NCBI RefSeq assembly: GCF_009914755.1
Contig: NC_060926.1
DNA: 64,000 nt
DNA from: the human T2T-CHM13v2.0 reference genome, Homo sapiens
Strand: one strand, 5' to 3'
The notes under the pieces were generated by a model that did not search any database, was not told where the DNA came from, and saw nothing but the letters and a program-made list of their open reading frames with translations. The translations under genes and the position numbers were made by a program. This document shows positions 1 through 17,015 of this stretch, piece by piece; position 1 is the stretch's first letter, and every line of letters starts with the position of its first letter.

Positions 1-62
1 AGAGGAAGAACACCTGTGCACATGAATGTTCCACATCCTGATACCCCATGGTCAGTCAGTAC

Positions 63-293
63 CTGGATTAGCTCCACATCTGGTTTATGGGACTTTTCCT
101 TCAGCTCCTCATACATTCCTTTTAAAATCTCCCTCTCATGGGCCATTCTGGCATCGCTTTTATGGAGTTGCTAAAAATTGTCTTCGTCCTCCTTTTGAAG
201 CATCTGCAAGTGATGTTGCTGTTCTTCATGGAGAAATGCAGGCATCTTCTGATATTCAGCTCTGATTGCTTCTATCTTTAAATTCACATAATC
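63..293 (-). pseudogene. TRIM49/TRIM51-like coiled-coil exon (231 nt), pseudogene relic that probably continues off the left edge
   Basis: The reverse strand reads cag|DYVNLKIEAIRAEYQKMPAFLHEEQQHHLQMLQKEDEDNF*QLHKSDARMAHEREILKGMYEELKEKSHKPDVELIQ|gt. It is the same length as TRIM43B exon 4 and has an in-frame TAG at 171-173. Confidence 0.85.
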
Positions 294-949
294 CTGCAGT
301 AACAACGGGTTAGTCAAAAACAAAACCGACGTACTCATCTCCTATTGAATCTCACTGGTTCCTCTTTGTCTCTTGAACATCCCATATTTTAACTCTTAGT
401 CTTGCCAATTCTCAGACTATACGAAATTTTACTCTGTTTTCTTTTCTGCATGAAGATCAACGAACATAGATGTATCTAACCAAATATATTCACTTTATTC
501 GTGATAAAGTGTTTTTTCTAAGATAGTCATAAAGAAGAAAAACAAATTGGATTCCTCTTTTCCAACTCATATTTATAGAAAAGTAAGACAGTTCGGGCTT
601 AATAGTTAGACTCTAGAGCTATATTGACTAGAAAGGGAATAATTATTTTCATTTCTGAAATTTGGGGCAAGTTATTTAAATTCATTATGTGTGAAATAGC
701 CTCAGACTAGCATGCTCAACTCAATGCATTTCACCAAGCAAAACCTATGCTAATAAGGCTTCATTTATGATCTGGCCTTCTTTGTCTATCTAATCTCATT
801 TCTTTCCATTGTTTTTCATACTGACTTTAACATAAAACATAAACTTCTTTGTGGTTCCTCAGCCCTCAAAATAAACACAAACTCAATATTACTGCACATG
901 TTGTTTTCTTCACCTAGAATTCTCTCTGCCTCTCTTTCTCTCTCTAAGC

Positions 950-951
950 AT

Positions 952-1003
<52 letters not shown>
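950..1003. repeat. (CA)n microsatellite
   Basis: Direct reading of the sequence. Confidence 0.95.
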
Positions 1004-1006
<3 letters not shown>

Positions 1007-1899
1007 TGTTTGCCTTCCTCTTCAAGACGTTGTCTCAATATGAATTTTTCATTGAGGCATTTTCTGACCACCCTGTTTAAAACTCAAACTCTCGTCTCCA
1101 GTCCATGGCCTCTGTTCTCTTTTTCTAAGACCTTGGTATTTCAAATGAGCTAAGGATTCTTCATTTGAAATTGTCCAGTTGGAAGTCCTCTCTGACAGAG
1201 TTTCCCTTACTTGTGATTCAGAAATCCATCCACAGTCTCCTTTTAAAGTTACTTTTTGGATTTATAAAAAGTTGCATTCCACAAATACACTTTTAACCCC
1301 TCGGTTTTTCTGGACCATCAAAGCATTGCTCATCTGCCGAGAATCACAGGTATTGAAAACCACCTTAGACAGCAAATTCTCCCTTATGCAGGCATTTTTC
1401 TGAACCTGGACAACTGTTACTGTTTATTCACCCGGAAAATTTCCATTCATTCTTCAAGACTCATGCAAACGATTTGATCTTTGATTCTATATGTCCAATA
1501 GATAGATATTTGTGGCAGTTTCCATGTTGTACTGGGATTGTTGCTTTACTAGTGTGTCTGTTACTTCTACTAGATTGTGAGGTCTGGTTGAAAGAACTTC
1601 TCCTTTATTGTATCTCTGCCTCCACTTTCATGGCCTGACCTGGATTTTACCATTATAGAAAACTGCTAATCACAAAGTCTGCAATCACAAAGTCAAGAAT
1701 CTCGCTTTATAATCAACGTTTCTTTTCTTTTTAGATTGGTTTTTCTGTATATGAGTTTAAATCTGTCTGATTACCTTTGGACCACAGTTTATTACTCTCT
1801 GTGGTTCTTGCAATTTGGGGGCTTCATCTTTTTTAACACTTCTCTTACTTCGGATCTTCTAGTGCATAATTTCAAAAATTTAGCACGAAAGGTAAGAAA

Positions 1900-2200
1900 G
1901 CAGAGTGCAGTTGATCATGCCTGTAATACCAGCCATTGGAAGGCTGCAGTGGGACGTTTCATGATTCAAGAAGTTTGAGACCAGCCTGGTCGACACTGTG
2001 AAACCTCATCATTACAGAAAAAAAACTTTACCCGGGTGTTGTGGCAAGCACCTGTAGTCCCAGCTACTGGGGAGGCTGAGGTGGGAGGATTGCTGGAGCA
2101 CAGGGTGTTGAGGCTGCAGTTAGCTGGAATGCCCATCTCTGCATGCCAGCCTGGGTGACAGAGGAAGACCCTGTCTCAAAACAAACAGATAAACAAAAAA
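1900..2200 (+). mobile_element. Alu (old, AluJ-like)
   Basis: Diverged dimeric Alu with an A-rich tail. Confidence 0.85.
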
Positions 2201-2336
2201 GTAACAATACAAAATATCTTACTAACGTTTGTAATGTTAATCGTGTCGAAACCTATTGGATATATTTGGTTAACGATTTTTATTAAAATTAATTTCAGTT
2301 GTTTCTTATTGTTTTATAATGTAACTAGAAAATGTA

Positions 2337-2700
2337 TTCCCACTATGCAGCCATAAAAAATTATTAGATCATGTCTTTTGCAGGGACAGGGAAGGAGCTG
2401 GAGGCTATTATCTTTAGCAAACTAACACAGGAACAGAAAACCAAATAGTGCATGTTCTCACTTATAAGTGGGAGCTAAATAATGAGAACATATGGACACA
2501 TAGAGGGGAACAACACACGCTGGGACCTATAGGAGGGTGGGGGATTAGAAGAGGGAGAGGATCAGGAAAAATAACTAATGGGTGCTAGGCTTGAGACCTG
2601 GTTGATAAAATAATCTATACAACAAACCCTGATGACACAAGATTACCCATGTAACAAACCTGCGCATGTATTGCTATACTTAAAATAAAGGTTTAAAAAA
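2337..2700 (+). mobile_element. L1 3' end (L1PB/L1MA-like)
   Basis: Typical L1 3' motifs: gcagccataaaaaa, catgttctcacttataagtgggagcta, gtaacaaacctgc, then aataaa and an A tail. Confidence 0.85.
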
Positions 2701-2887
2701 GTATTTTCTTCTCTTTCTTTTACAGTGTCTCTGTAAATGCATGAATTAAAGAAAAGCAATGAATATATTTTTCATGGGATAATATTCAAGATATATAGAA
2801 ACAAAACTTCTGAGATTTAATTAAAACAATGTTAAGAAGAAAATGTATAGCATTATATTCATCTGTTATTTAGAAATAAAGCATTAA

Positions 2888-3308
<421 letters not shown>

Positions 3309-3744
3309 AAAAGTAGGCTCTTTAAATAGATCAATTAAATTGATAAATTCTTAGTGAGACTCAATTAAAAAATGGAGAAGAGGAGTTCAAATCAAAAATA
3401 AATAGGCCAACACTTAGGTCATCCACAAATTAATATGTTAATAAGAAGATTTTAAGATGACTTTTATGTTCATACACTTGATGATTTAGATGAAATGAGA
3501 AATTTCCCTGAAAAACATATCTGACAAAAACCAACAGAAGAAACCATAGACAAATCTAAGATATGATTTAGATTCTAAAAATTTACCCTATTATTTAAAA
3601 AACAAAACTTCTCCCAGCGAAAAACCTGGTGATCTTTTTCAGTGAAATATTCACAACATTTAAGAAAAAAAAATCACACGCTTTTAGACAAACCCTTCTA
3701 GAGAACAGAAAAAAGCAGTAATACTTCCCAACTTGTAACTTTGG

Positions 3745-3920
3745 TTTTCTGTTGTGTTTTCTTTTACTTTTTGTAAACAGCTTCTCTCTCTGTTGCCCAA
3801 GCTGAAGTGCGATGGCAAGATCATAGCTCACTGAAGCCCAGAACTTCTAGGCTCGAGTGATCCTCCTGTCTTGGCCTCCCAAAGGGCTGTGATGACAGGC
3901 TCTAGCTGCTGTGCCAAGCT
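3745..3920 (-). mobile_element. Alu monomer (FLAM/AluJ fragment)
   Basis: tgttgcccaagctgaagtgc...gcctcccaaagggctgtgatgacaggc. Confidence 0.75.
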
Positions 3921-4612
3921 CCAACATATAATTTTGATATTCGATCCTGAAAAGTGTGTTACAAGAAATGCAAATTGCAGTACAGACTCTAAAATAAATA
4001 TAGGTGCAACAATTCAAAAAAGCTAGCTAGTCAAATCTTGTGAGAGATAAACTCATATCATCTCCAAGTGGAGCTTATTCTAGAAAGGTTGACTAATGTA
4101 ACATCAGAAAATGAAATAAGTAATCACGACATGAACAGGATGAAATACATATCATTGTTCCTGTAAAAAGAGGAAGAAAATATTTGATACAATGAAATGG
4201 TCATTTATGATTTTGAAAGCACTATTAAAAACAAATAGCCATGAACTTTCTCTAATAAGAATGTAATAACTTAGAGCCAGTACCATATTTAATGGAGAAT
4301 TTGAAAGCTTCTACCCAGGAATGGGAATGAGATATAAATCCTGTTATCATCACTTGTGTTCAACACCTTGCTTGATCTCCTTTTCAATGCAACTAGACAA
4401 GAAAAAGAAGTAAATAATGTGAGGGTTGAATAGAAATAAAGATATCATAATTGCAAAACGTGACAGTTCAGTTAAAAAATAACTCTCTAAACCATTAGAT
4501 ATATTCGTGAATTGAAAAACAAATTGAGTCATGCATGCTTCTAAGACAATAGTTAAAAGTGAGAGTAAGCCAGACGCATTGGCTGACACCTATAATCCCA
4601 GCACATATATAT

Positions 4613-4616
<4 letters not shown>

Positions 4617-4648
<32 letters not shown>
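4617..4648. repeat. (CA)n microsatellite
   Basis: Direct reading of the sequence. Confidence 0.95.
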
Positions 4649-4651
<3 letters not shown>

Positions 4652-7036
4652 TACTGTGAATATACAACTGCTATATTATATAAAAATATGCCTAACACAC
4701 CCATACACCCCACACCCACACACAAGGCTTTGAGAAGGGCACTTTGTTCTGGGAAGGAGGCTTATGAGCAGTGAGTTTGGGAATCAAACCCAGGCAATTT
4801 AGCTTCAAGACATTGCTCTTAACCATGATACCATATTACTCTCAGCTGACTTTTTCATAGTGGGTGATAATACACAGTAGCCTCACAGCAATTCCAGGAA
4901 ATGTAAGCACTCAAGAATTATTTTGAAATCTGCAGGAAATGTTGCTTGCTGTCTTCTTTATCCCTTGTTCTCTGCAACTTTGGTTTTCCTCACCAAGGGT
5001 TATTTTTCTGACACATTTATGGGTGCATTCCATTAAAGAAAGAGTTTTACTTGGTGTCAGGCACTGACAGAAGCTCTCTTTCTCCATATATGCCTGAACT
5101 TGACTGTCCTCCTTCTGTTCCAATTATTTAACCCTGAATACCTTTTACCCTTTTAGATGTCACAAGGATGTGACTGAGCAGTTTCAAGGACACCAACTTT
5201 TGCTTTCTCCTCCTCCCTTAGAATCCTGCATCTGCATTGCTGGTCTCAGACAGAACAGGGAACCCCTATTTCCCATTCTGGGATATTTTAATGATCAACT
5301 CTTCTTATGTTGTGAATTTGAAGGGCATGGACAGATCATTGCAAAGCGGACAGACAGGGACCTGCGTTCTGAGAACTGGGCCAGAAAACTGACAGAGGGA
5401 CAGAAGAATTTCAGAGTGATTCTGGCAGGCATCATGGTTCAGTACGGGCCAGAGGAGTGGAACATATGGGCACAGGTTGAGAGGACTGCGACAAGACAGG
5501 GCCTATCTCCTTTGCAGCAGAATGTTAATAGATATTATATTTTAGTAAACAGAGGACATTTCTCTGAGTCAGCATCAAAAACTTTCACAGTCTGGAAGAA
5601 TGAACAGTCACAGGACCGAGCCTCACCTTTCCTTCTGAGTATGAGAGGCTACAAGGCAATGAGAATGGAACAGCTTTTATCTGAGGTTAAAGCCAGTGTC
5701 TCTCTCTTCAGCCCACACTTACTGGTAAGGTCCAGTGGATGACTCAGCTACAGGTTTCTGAATTTCTGGCTTTTGAGGGAAAGACTTTGTCACCCTCTAT
5801 GCTGAAGGTATTCTACGTACTATGAACCCCAGTCAGTGGTTCTTAACATCAAGAAATCTTGGGAAGTACAAGGCATTCAGAAGGCCTACATGAATAGTTT
5901 GCAGCCGCGTATAGACATCAGAAGGCGGTTCCTGACAAGGATGCCCTGACCTTTTTCATCTCATTGACATAGAATTACTGTGTCTCTCCCTGGTCATCTT
6001 GAAGGAGATGGACCACCCCTTCCCCCCCTCTACTCCAGTGTCATGTGCATCTTCCTCAGTGATTTTGCTGTGCTGTGTTCATAATGATTGTCCAGTTGAT
6101 ACCAAATCTTGAAGAAAATTTCCAAAAGAATATTTACCTGGTCAATTGTCAATTGCCCTTTTCCAGGAATCTGGAACTTGAATGGTGTTTCTATAAGGGG
6201 CTCGTTGGATCTCATGTTTTACAGGACCCCCAGTCTCTGGATATAGATCCTCAGTGTCCACTTCTTAGGAAGAGTAGGTGTAGTAGGTTATATTCCTCCC
6301 CCACTCTCTCTAAAAGAGTGCTAAAATATATATTCCATCCCACATTGTTTTTCTATGATGTAACTTCAAGACTGCTACTGCTGTGTGTGTGTTCTAGTCC
6401 CTTTACTTTGTGTAGGGTTGTGGCTACAGCTGATGTTTTACTCTCTGGAATAATGGTAGTATACAATTCTCCTGACTCTATGGGAATCTTCACTGTGGAA
6501 AATTATCTACCATGCTGTGAGCAAGCCCAGGGAGCTACCTGGAAAGGCCGTTTGAATATATTCTAGGTAACAGCCCCAAGCAATGAACCTCAGACATCAG
6601 CCAGGATCATCTGCTGGACTGGAAGTAGAATGTTTCCATTATTTAATCAGTGATCATGAAAATGACCATCTGGTGGCTAGACAGACTCAATGGACTCACT
6701 ATAAACTGGGTTTTCATCAGAACTGGGTTTTGTTTGTTTCACTTTTTGTTTTGGTTTAATTTAGTTAGTTTGTTTATTTATTTATTTATTTATTTTTACC
6801 TGATACTAATATGTTTCCAATGTAACATGAGGTGTTGGTTATGTCTGGTCTCTAGGTTGTCAATGAGAATTCACAGTCTGTGTGAATTGGAAATATAAAC
6901 ACATTTTAAAGCAGACAGTCTGCACATCTATTATTCCCTGGATGATGCTGTTTGCTTTATTAAACAGCTGCAGAATTCAATGTGGGTTAAACCCTTTTGG
7001 TTCTTGCTCAGACATCGCTAGCAAATTCTCAGAAAA

Positions 7037-7180
7037 GCAATAGGCTGTACCATTAGCCTATGTCTGTAGATGAATATACTATCTAGGTTTTTGTAGTGTG
7101 TTCTGATGTTCACACAATGATGAAATCGCCTAATAATGCATTTCTCAGAATGTATTTTGTTGCCATAGGATGCATGACTG
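7037..7180 (+). mobile_element. Tigger3-family DNA transposon 3' end
   Basis: gcaataggctgtaccattagcct...gaaatcgcctaataatgcatttctcagaatgtat...gcatgactg resembles the recalled Tigger3 terminus. Confidence 0.7.
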
Positions 7181-7514
7181 TTAAATTCCTGTTCTAGCCC
7201 AAAGATTCAGTGACAACTTCTGTGTGAAATAAATTTTTCCCCCCAAAGGGATGAGGTGTAGAATTTACTGTATTAATAGGAGGGAACTCTCACACTTACA
7301 AGTGCATTGTACAAAACCCCGTCTGCCCATGATGTACAAAAGTTGTTCCTGAATGAGATCATTAAGTTGGAATCACACACCCACATATTTCCAGAATTCC
7401 ATCCAATAAATTCACAAACACTTGAAAATCACAATACGTATTTTAGGTAATGGTCCATAAGAGATTATTTTAATTGTAAGAAAATGTACAAAAAGTTTTG
7501 CCTTTTACAAATTT

Positions 7515-7520
7515 TTTATT
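7515..7520 (-). terminator. TRIM43B polyadenylation signal AATAAA
   Basis: tttatt on the + strand, about 125 nt past the stop codon, overlapping an ATTAAA. Confidence 0.7.
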
Positions 7521-7645
7521 TAATAGCAATAAAATGAAGTGACACTAAAGTACAAAAAAGCCTGAACAGTATGATTTCTTTGTATCAACAGTGAAGGGCT
7601 CCCTTGTATATGGAGTTCCCAAACAGTAAGTTTTCTTAATCCTGA

Positions 7646-13196
<5,551 letters not shown>

Positions 13197-14018
13197 TTTC
13201 CTAAGGAAAGAAAACCACAGGAATTTAATCTTCTACCCTGGAGAGACAAAGATCCAAGCAAAGTTTGAATCAGATCGTGATCGAATAATATCCTTTCTTT
13301 CTAAAGAAGTATAGGTTTTAATTTGCAATGACAGAAATAGGAAAAATAGAAAACTAAGGCACAAAGAGACATCAATCTCTATAAAAAGTGACTGTTCTCC
13401 AATCAACACATGACCAGCTTTCCAAACTCTACTTTCTTGCATGGAAGAATGTCGGATTTTTTGAGGTGTTAGTATCCACCAAATTGCTTGGGCTTCAAGG
13501 GTTTCATCAACCTGTAAACTCAAAGTTTGAGTCTTGAACGGTCTGAAAATCAGTAACAGTCTTCATTGCCAGTGATTGGTTTAGAGAAGGAAAGCTAACT
13601 AAGCTCTTCTACTCTCATTATTTTATTTAACTATAACAACCATCCATAATGACTTTTCCAGAAGGACATTGCTTGAAAATGTTAGAGCAGAACTCATACT
13701 TTGACCCAAATCAGAAAAAGCCAGCCTTTACTCTCCAAGGAAAAACAGTCAAATCAAGGTAAGTTACCTCTCCAAGGTAAAGCTAAGAATCATTGTTTTT
13801 CTAGGCTGCTATGTTAATTTAATCAACAAAAACTTTCTGGCATGTTTCCTGTTCCTGGACAGTCTGTTAATTTGGGGATATACTGGTTAATATTACAACA
13901 TCTTTAAAAGACAGACAATTAATTCAATTTACAAAAAGATAATGATAATTGAAGCATTATCATTACTCTTTCACACAGTCAGGAAAAGAGTAAGTATCAT
14001 GCAATAACAGGCACTAGA

Positions 14019-14344
<326 letters not shown>

Positions 14345-14407
14345 CTAGACAGTTAAGTCAGCGTTTTAAATGTATGTTTTGCTAAAATACAAATAAAAAT
14401 TAAAACC

Positions 14408-14900
14408 AAGCCAGGGAAGGTGACTCAAGCCTGTAATCCCAGCATTTTGGGAGGCCAAGTCAGGCAGGTATTTTGAGCTCAGGAACTCTAGACTGGTGAC
14501 ACGGTAAAATGTCTAGATCATCCTGTCTCTAAAAATACTTATATAAATTTAAAAAAAAAAAAAAAAAAAAGGCCGGGCGCGGTGGCTCAGGCCTGTAATC
14601 CCAACACTTTCAGAGGCCGAGGTGAACGGATCACAAGATCAAGAGATGGAGACCATCCTGGCCAACATAATGAAACCCCGTCTCTACTAAAAAAAATACA
14701 AAATTTAGATGGGCGTGGTGGCAGGCGGCTATATTTCCAGCTACTCTGGAGGCGGAGGCTGAAGAATCGTTTGAACCTGGAAGGCGGAGGTTGCAGTGAG
14801 CCAAGAGCGCCGCCGCACTCCAGCCTGGCAATAGAGCGTGATTCCATCTCAAAATAAATAAATAAACAAATAAATAAATAGCTGAACATGGTGGCCCATG
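14408..14900 (+). mobile_element. Old Alu left arm with a younger Alu (14571-14880) inserted in its A-rich linker
   Basis: A degenerate left arm, then poly(A), then a full Alu starting ggccgggcgcgg, then a short remnant gctgaacatggtggc. Confidence 0.8.
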
Positions 14901-15087
14901 TTTAATCCATAAACCTATGGATTATGTTTAAAATAATTTTAAAAAAGAAATGGAGCCTTTTTAAAACTCGGAAAATGAGATCATTCCATCTAAAAATAAT
15001 CTAAGTTTGCAGATAAATTAAAGTCCCCAAATTTTGTTTTGGTTTGTAACCTAATAGTAGATCCTTCTCTGGAAATTGTGTACTTAC

Positions 15088-15232
15088 CTCAGAAATATAT
15101 CTATGTTCTCACCAAAGCTTGCTGTCGAATCAGATGGATTCAGCTCAGGGATGAGAGTCTCACAGTGCAGTGCTGGTAGCTTTCGGAAGTCCCCAAAGCC
15201 AGTTGCAAAGCTACTCTGTGGGCTCTGGAGAA
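15088..15232 (-). other. TRIM43B: TRIM43B non-coding exon 1 (5' end approximate)
   Basis: Donor GAG|gtaagta at 15088/15087. It lies about 30 nt downstream of a TATAAA and is homologous to 20571-20725. Confidence 0.7.
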
Positions 15233-15254
15233 GAATGAGCTTGGCTCCTGAAGT

Positions 15255-15350
15255 GTCGGTTTATAAATCTCTGAAGACCACACCCCTTTCTTCCAATTGA
15301 TTGCATTTCACAGGGCGTAGGTGGGTGTTAACATAGATGATTAAGTTTCT
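15255..15350 (-). promoter_or_regulatory. TRIM43B core promoter: TATA box, GT/CACCC box and two DUX4-like motifs
   Basis: The minus strand reads AAACTTAATCA (15348-15338), AAATGCAATCA (15308-15298), GGGGTGTGG and TATAAA (15265-15260). TRIM43 is an established DUX4 target. Confidence 0.65.
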
Positions 15351-15455
15351 TCAGAACAGAAGTTTTATCTTTATTTATTTATTTTTTTTGAAAGGAGTCT
15401 GGCTCTGTCGCTGGCTAGTTTTTTTCTTGCATTTTTAGTAGAGAGGGGGTTTGAT

Positions 15456-16413
15456 ATAATTGATATAATAGGAATTGCAAATAGAGAAGCCCACACAAGC
15501 TAACCAAATTAATTCTAGTTTATTGGATAAATGGCGTGATATGTATTCTAGTTCAAATTTGAAGGTTGGTATAAACCTTTTCAGACACTGGAGATGAGAC
15601 ATTTCACCAAGATTGGGTGTGAGGAAGAGGAAAGAAATAGAATAGTATATAAAATAGTATATAGAGTAAAAATATAGTAAAAGGAAAAATCAATCTGCAT
15701 AATATAGTGTATGGCTAAATGTGTTTTAACATTTAGGTGAATCAGACATGGAAAAATCCTAAAAGGGAGATTAATAGAGTAGATAATTGACTCAGTAAGA
15801 ACTGTGAATAAGCATCTCAGGAAGAGAAACTAGAAGTCTTTATATAGGTTTTGATTTAAAGAGGGAGAGAGAATAGGAACATTGAAAAAGATGGACAGAA
15901 AGAAATAACAAATATTCAAGACTCCTTGCAAGAGTGAGGCAGAAAGTTTATAGATTGCTTGATTACACCCAGCATATAATTATTTGAAGTTTTCTGTTGA
16001 GAGTGAGAGTATGTAATCCTTTTAACCAAATGTCTCCGCAGAACTATGTGTCATTAAGTAAGGTGATAATCAATATTCAATATCAAAAGATGCGTCTATT
16101 TCTCGATGAGGAGAAGCAACTTCATCTGCAGGCACTGGACAGAGAAGCAAAAGGGCTTTTCCAACAACTACAAGACAGTCAAGTGAGAATGACCCAACAT
16201 TTAGAAAGGATGAAAGACATGTACAGAGAGCTGTGGGAGACGTGCCACATGCCTGACGTGGAGCTGCTCCAGGTGAGGAGGGAGGGTCCATCCCCAAAGA
16301 AAGGAAGACTTTGCTGGACAATGCTGCCAGGACATGCAAATGTCACCTGCATATGTCACTGCTCTCAGCTTAGTGACACATGCTGTCTGACTCCCACATT
16401 ACATTTGTCCAGT
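15456..16413 (+). pseudogene. Duplicated ~0.95-kb TRIM64-like fragment containing one orphan coiled-coil exon (16042-16272)
   Basis: Closely colinear with 46415-47366. The exon cag|NYVSLSKVIINIQYQKMRLFLDEEKQ...DVELLQ|gtgag is open. Confidence 0.9.
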
Positions 16414-16734
16414 TTTTCAGAAAAAAGCTACAAAAGAAGCTTATTAGAGGGGAATATTCCCTGTGGTCAGTGTTTGATAAAGGGGAATATAAAATTACAT
16501 CCACTCAAAGATTCCAAAAAAGCTTGCTTGATCATGGTTAGGATAAGAATTACATTTCACCTATGTTATTACTATTTGGAAAAGTTCCTCCCTCTTAGAA
16601 GGAGGAGACACATATATGATATATATATTATATATATATATGTGGTACATATATATGTATACACACATATGCATATATATATACCCCCACACACACACAT
16701 ATCTATGGTGTTGAATAAATAATATCACCTAAGC

Positions 16735-16956
16735 CAGTGGTGTGCAATCTTTTGGCTTCCCTGGGCCTCATTAGAAAAAGCGTTGTCTTGGGCCACACAT
16801 GAAATACACTAAGATTAACTATAGCTGATGAGCTTTGATAAAATGACAAACAAAAATCTCATCATGTTTCAAGAAAGGTTAGGAATTTGTGTTGGGCCAC
16901 ATTCAAAGCCGTCCTTGGCCGTATGTGGCCCACGGACCGTGGGTTGGGCAAGCTTG
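16735..16956 (+). mobile_element. MER30 (hAT-Charlie)
   Basis: caatcttttggcttccctgggcc...ttgtcttgggccacacat...gggttgggcaagcttg matches the recalled MER30 consensus. Confidence 0.85.
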
Positions 16957-17015
16957 TTCTAAGGTATGAACTTCAAATACTACAAAAATTTTTTAGGCAT
17001 GTTATTGGTTCTTTC

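Noticed and set aside
5170-5742. 190-aa ORF on the + strand
   Set aside because: It starts at GTG, has no recognisable domain or exon structure, and is probably a chance ORF. A protein database search would be needed to exclude it fully.
6075-6640. 163-aa ORF and a possible MLT1-type LTR remnant
   Set aside because: No homology recognised for the ORF, and the LTR resemblance is too weak to call by eye.
15997-16722. 241-aa ORF
   Set aside because: Only 77 codons are the TRIM64-like exon. The rest is intron and AT/CA repeat read-through across a breakpoint.
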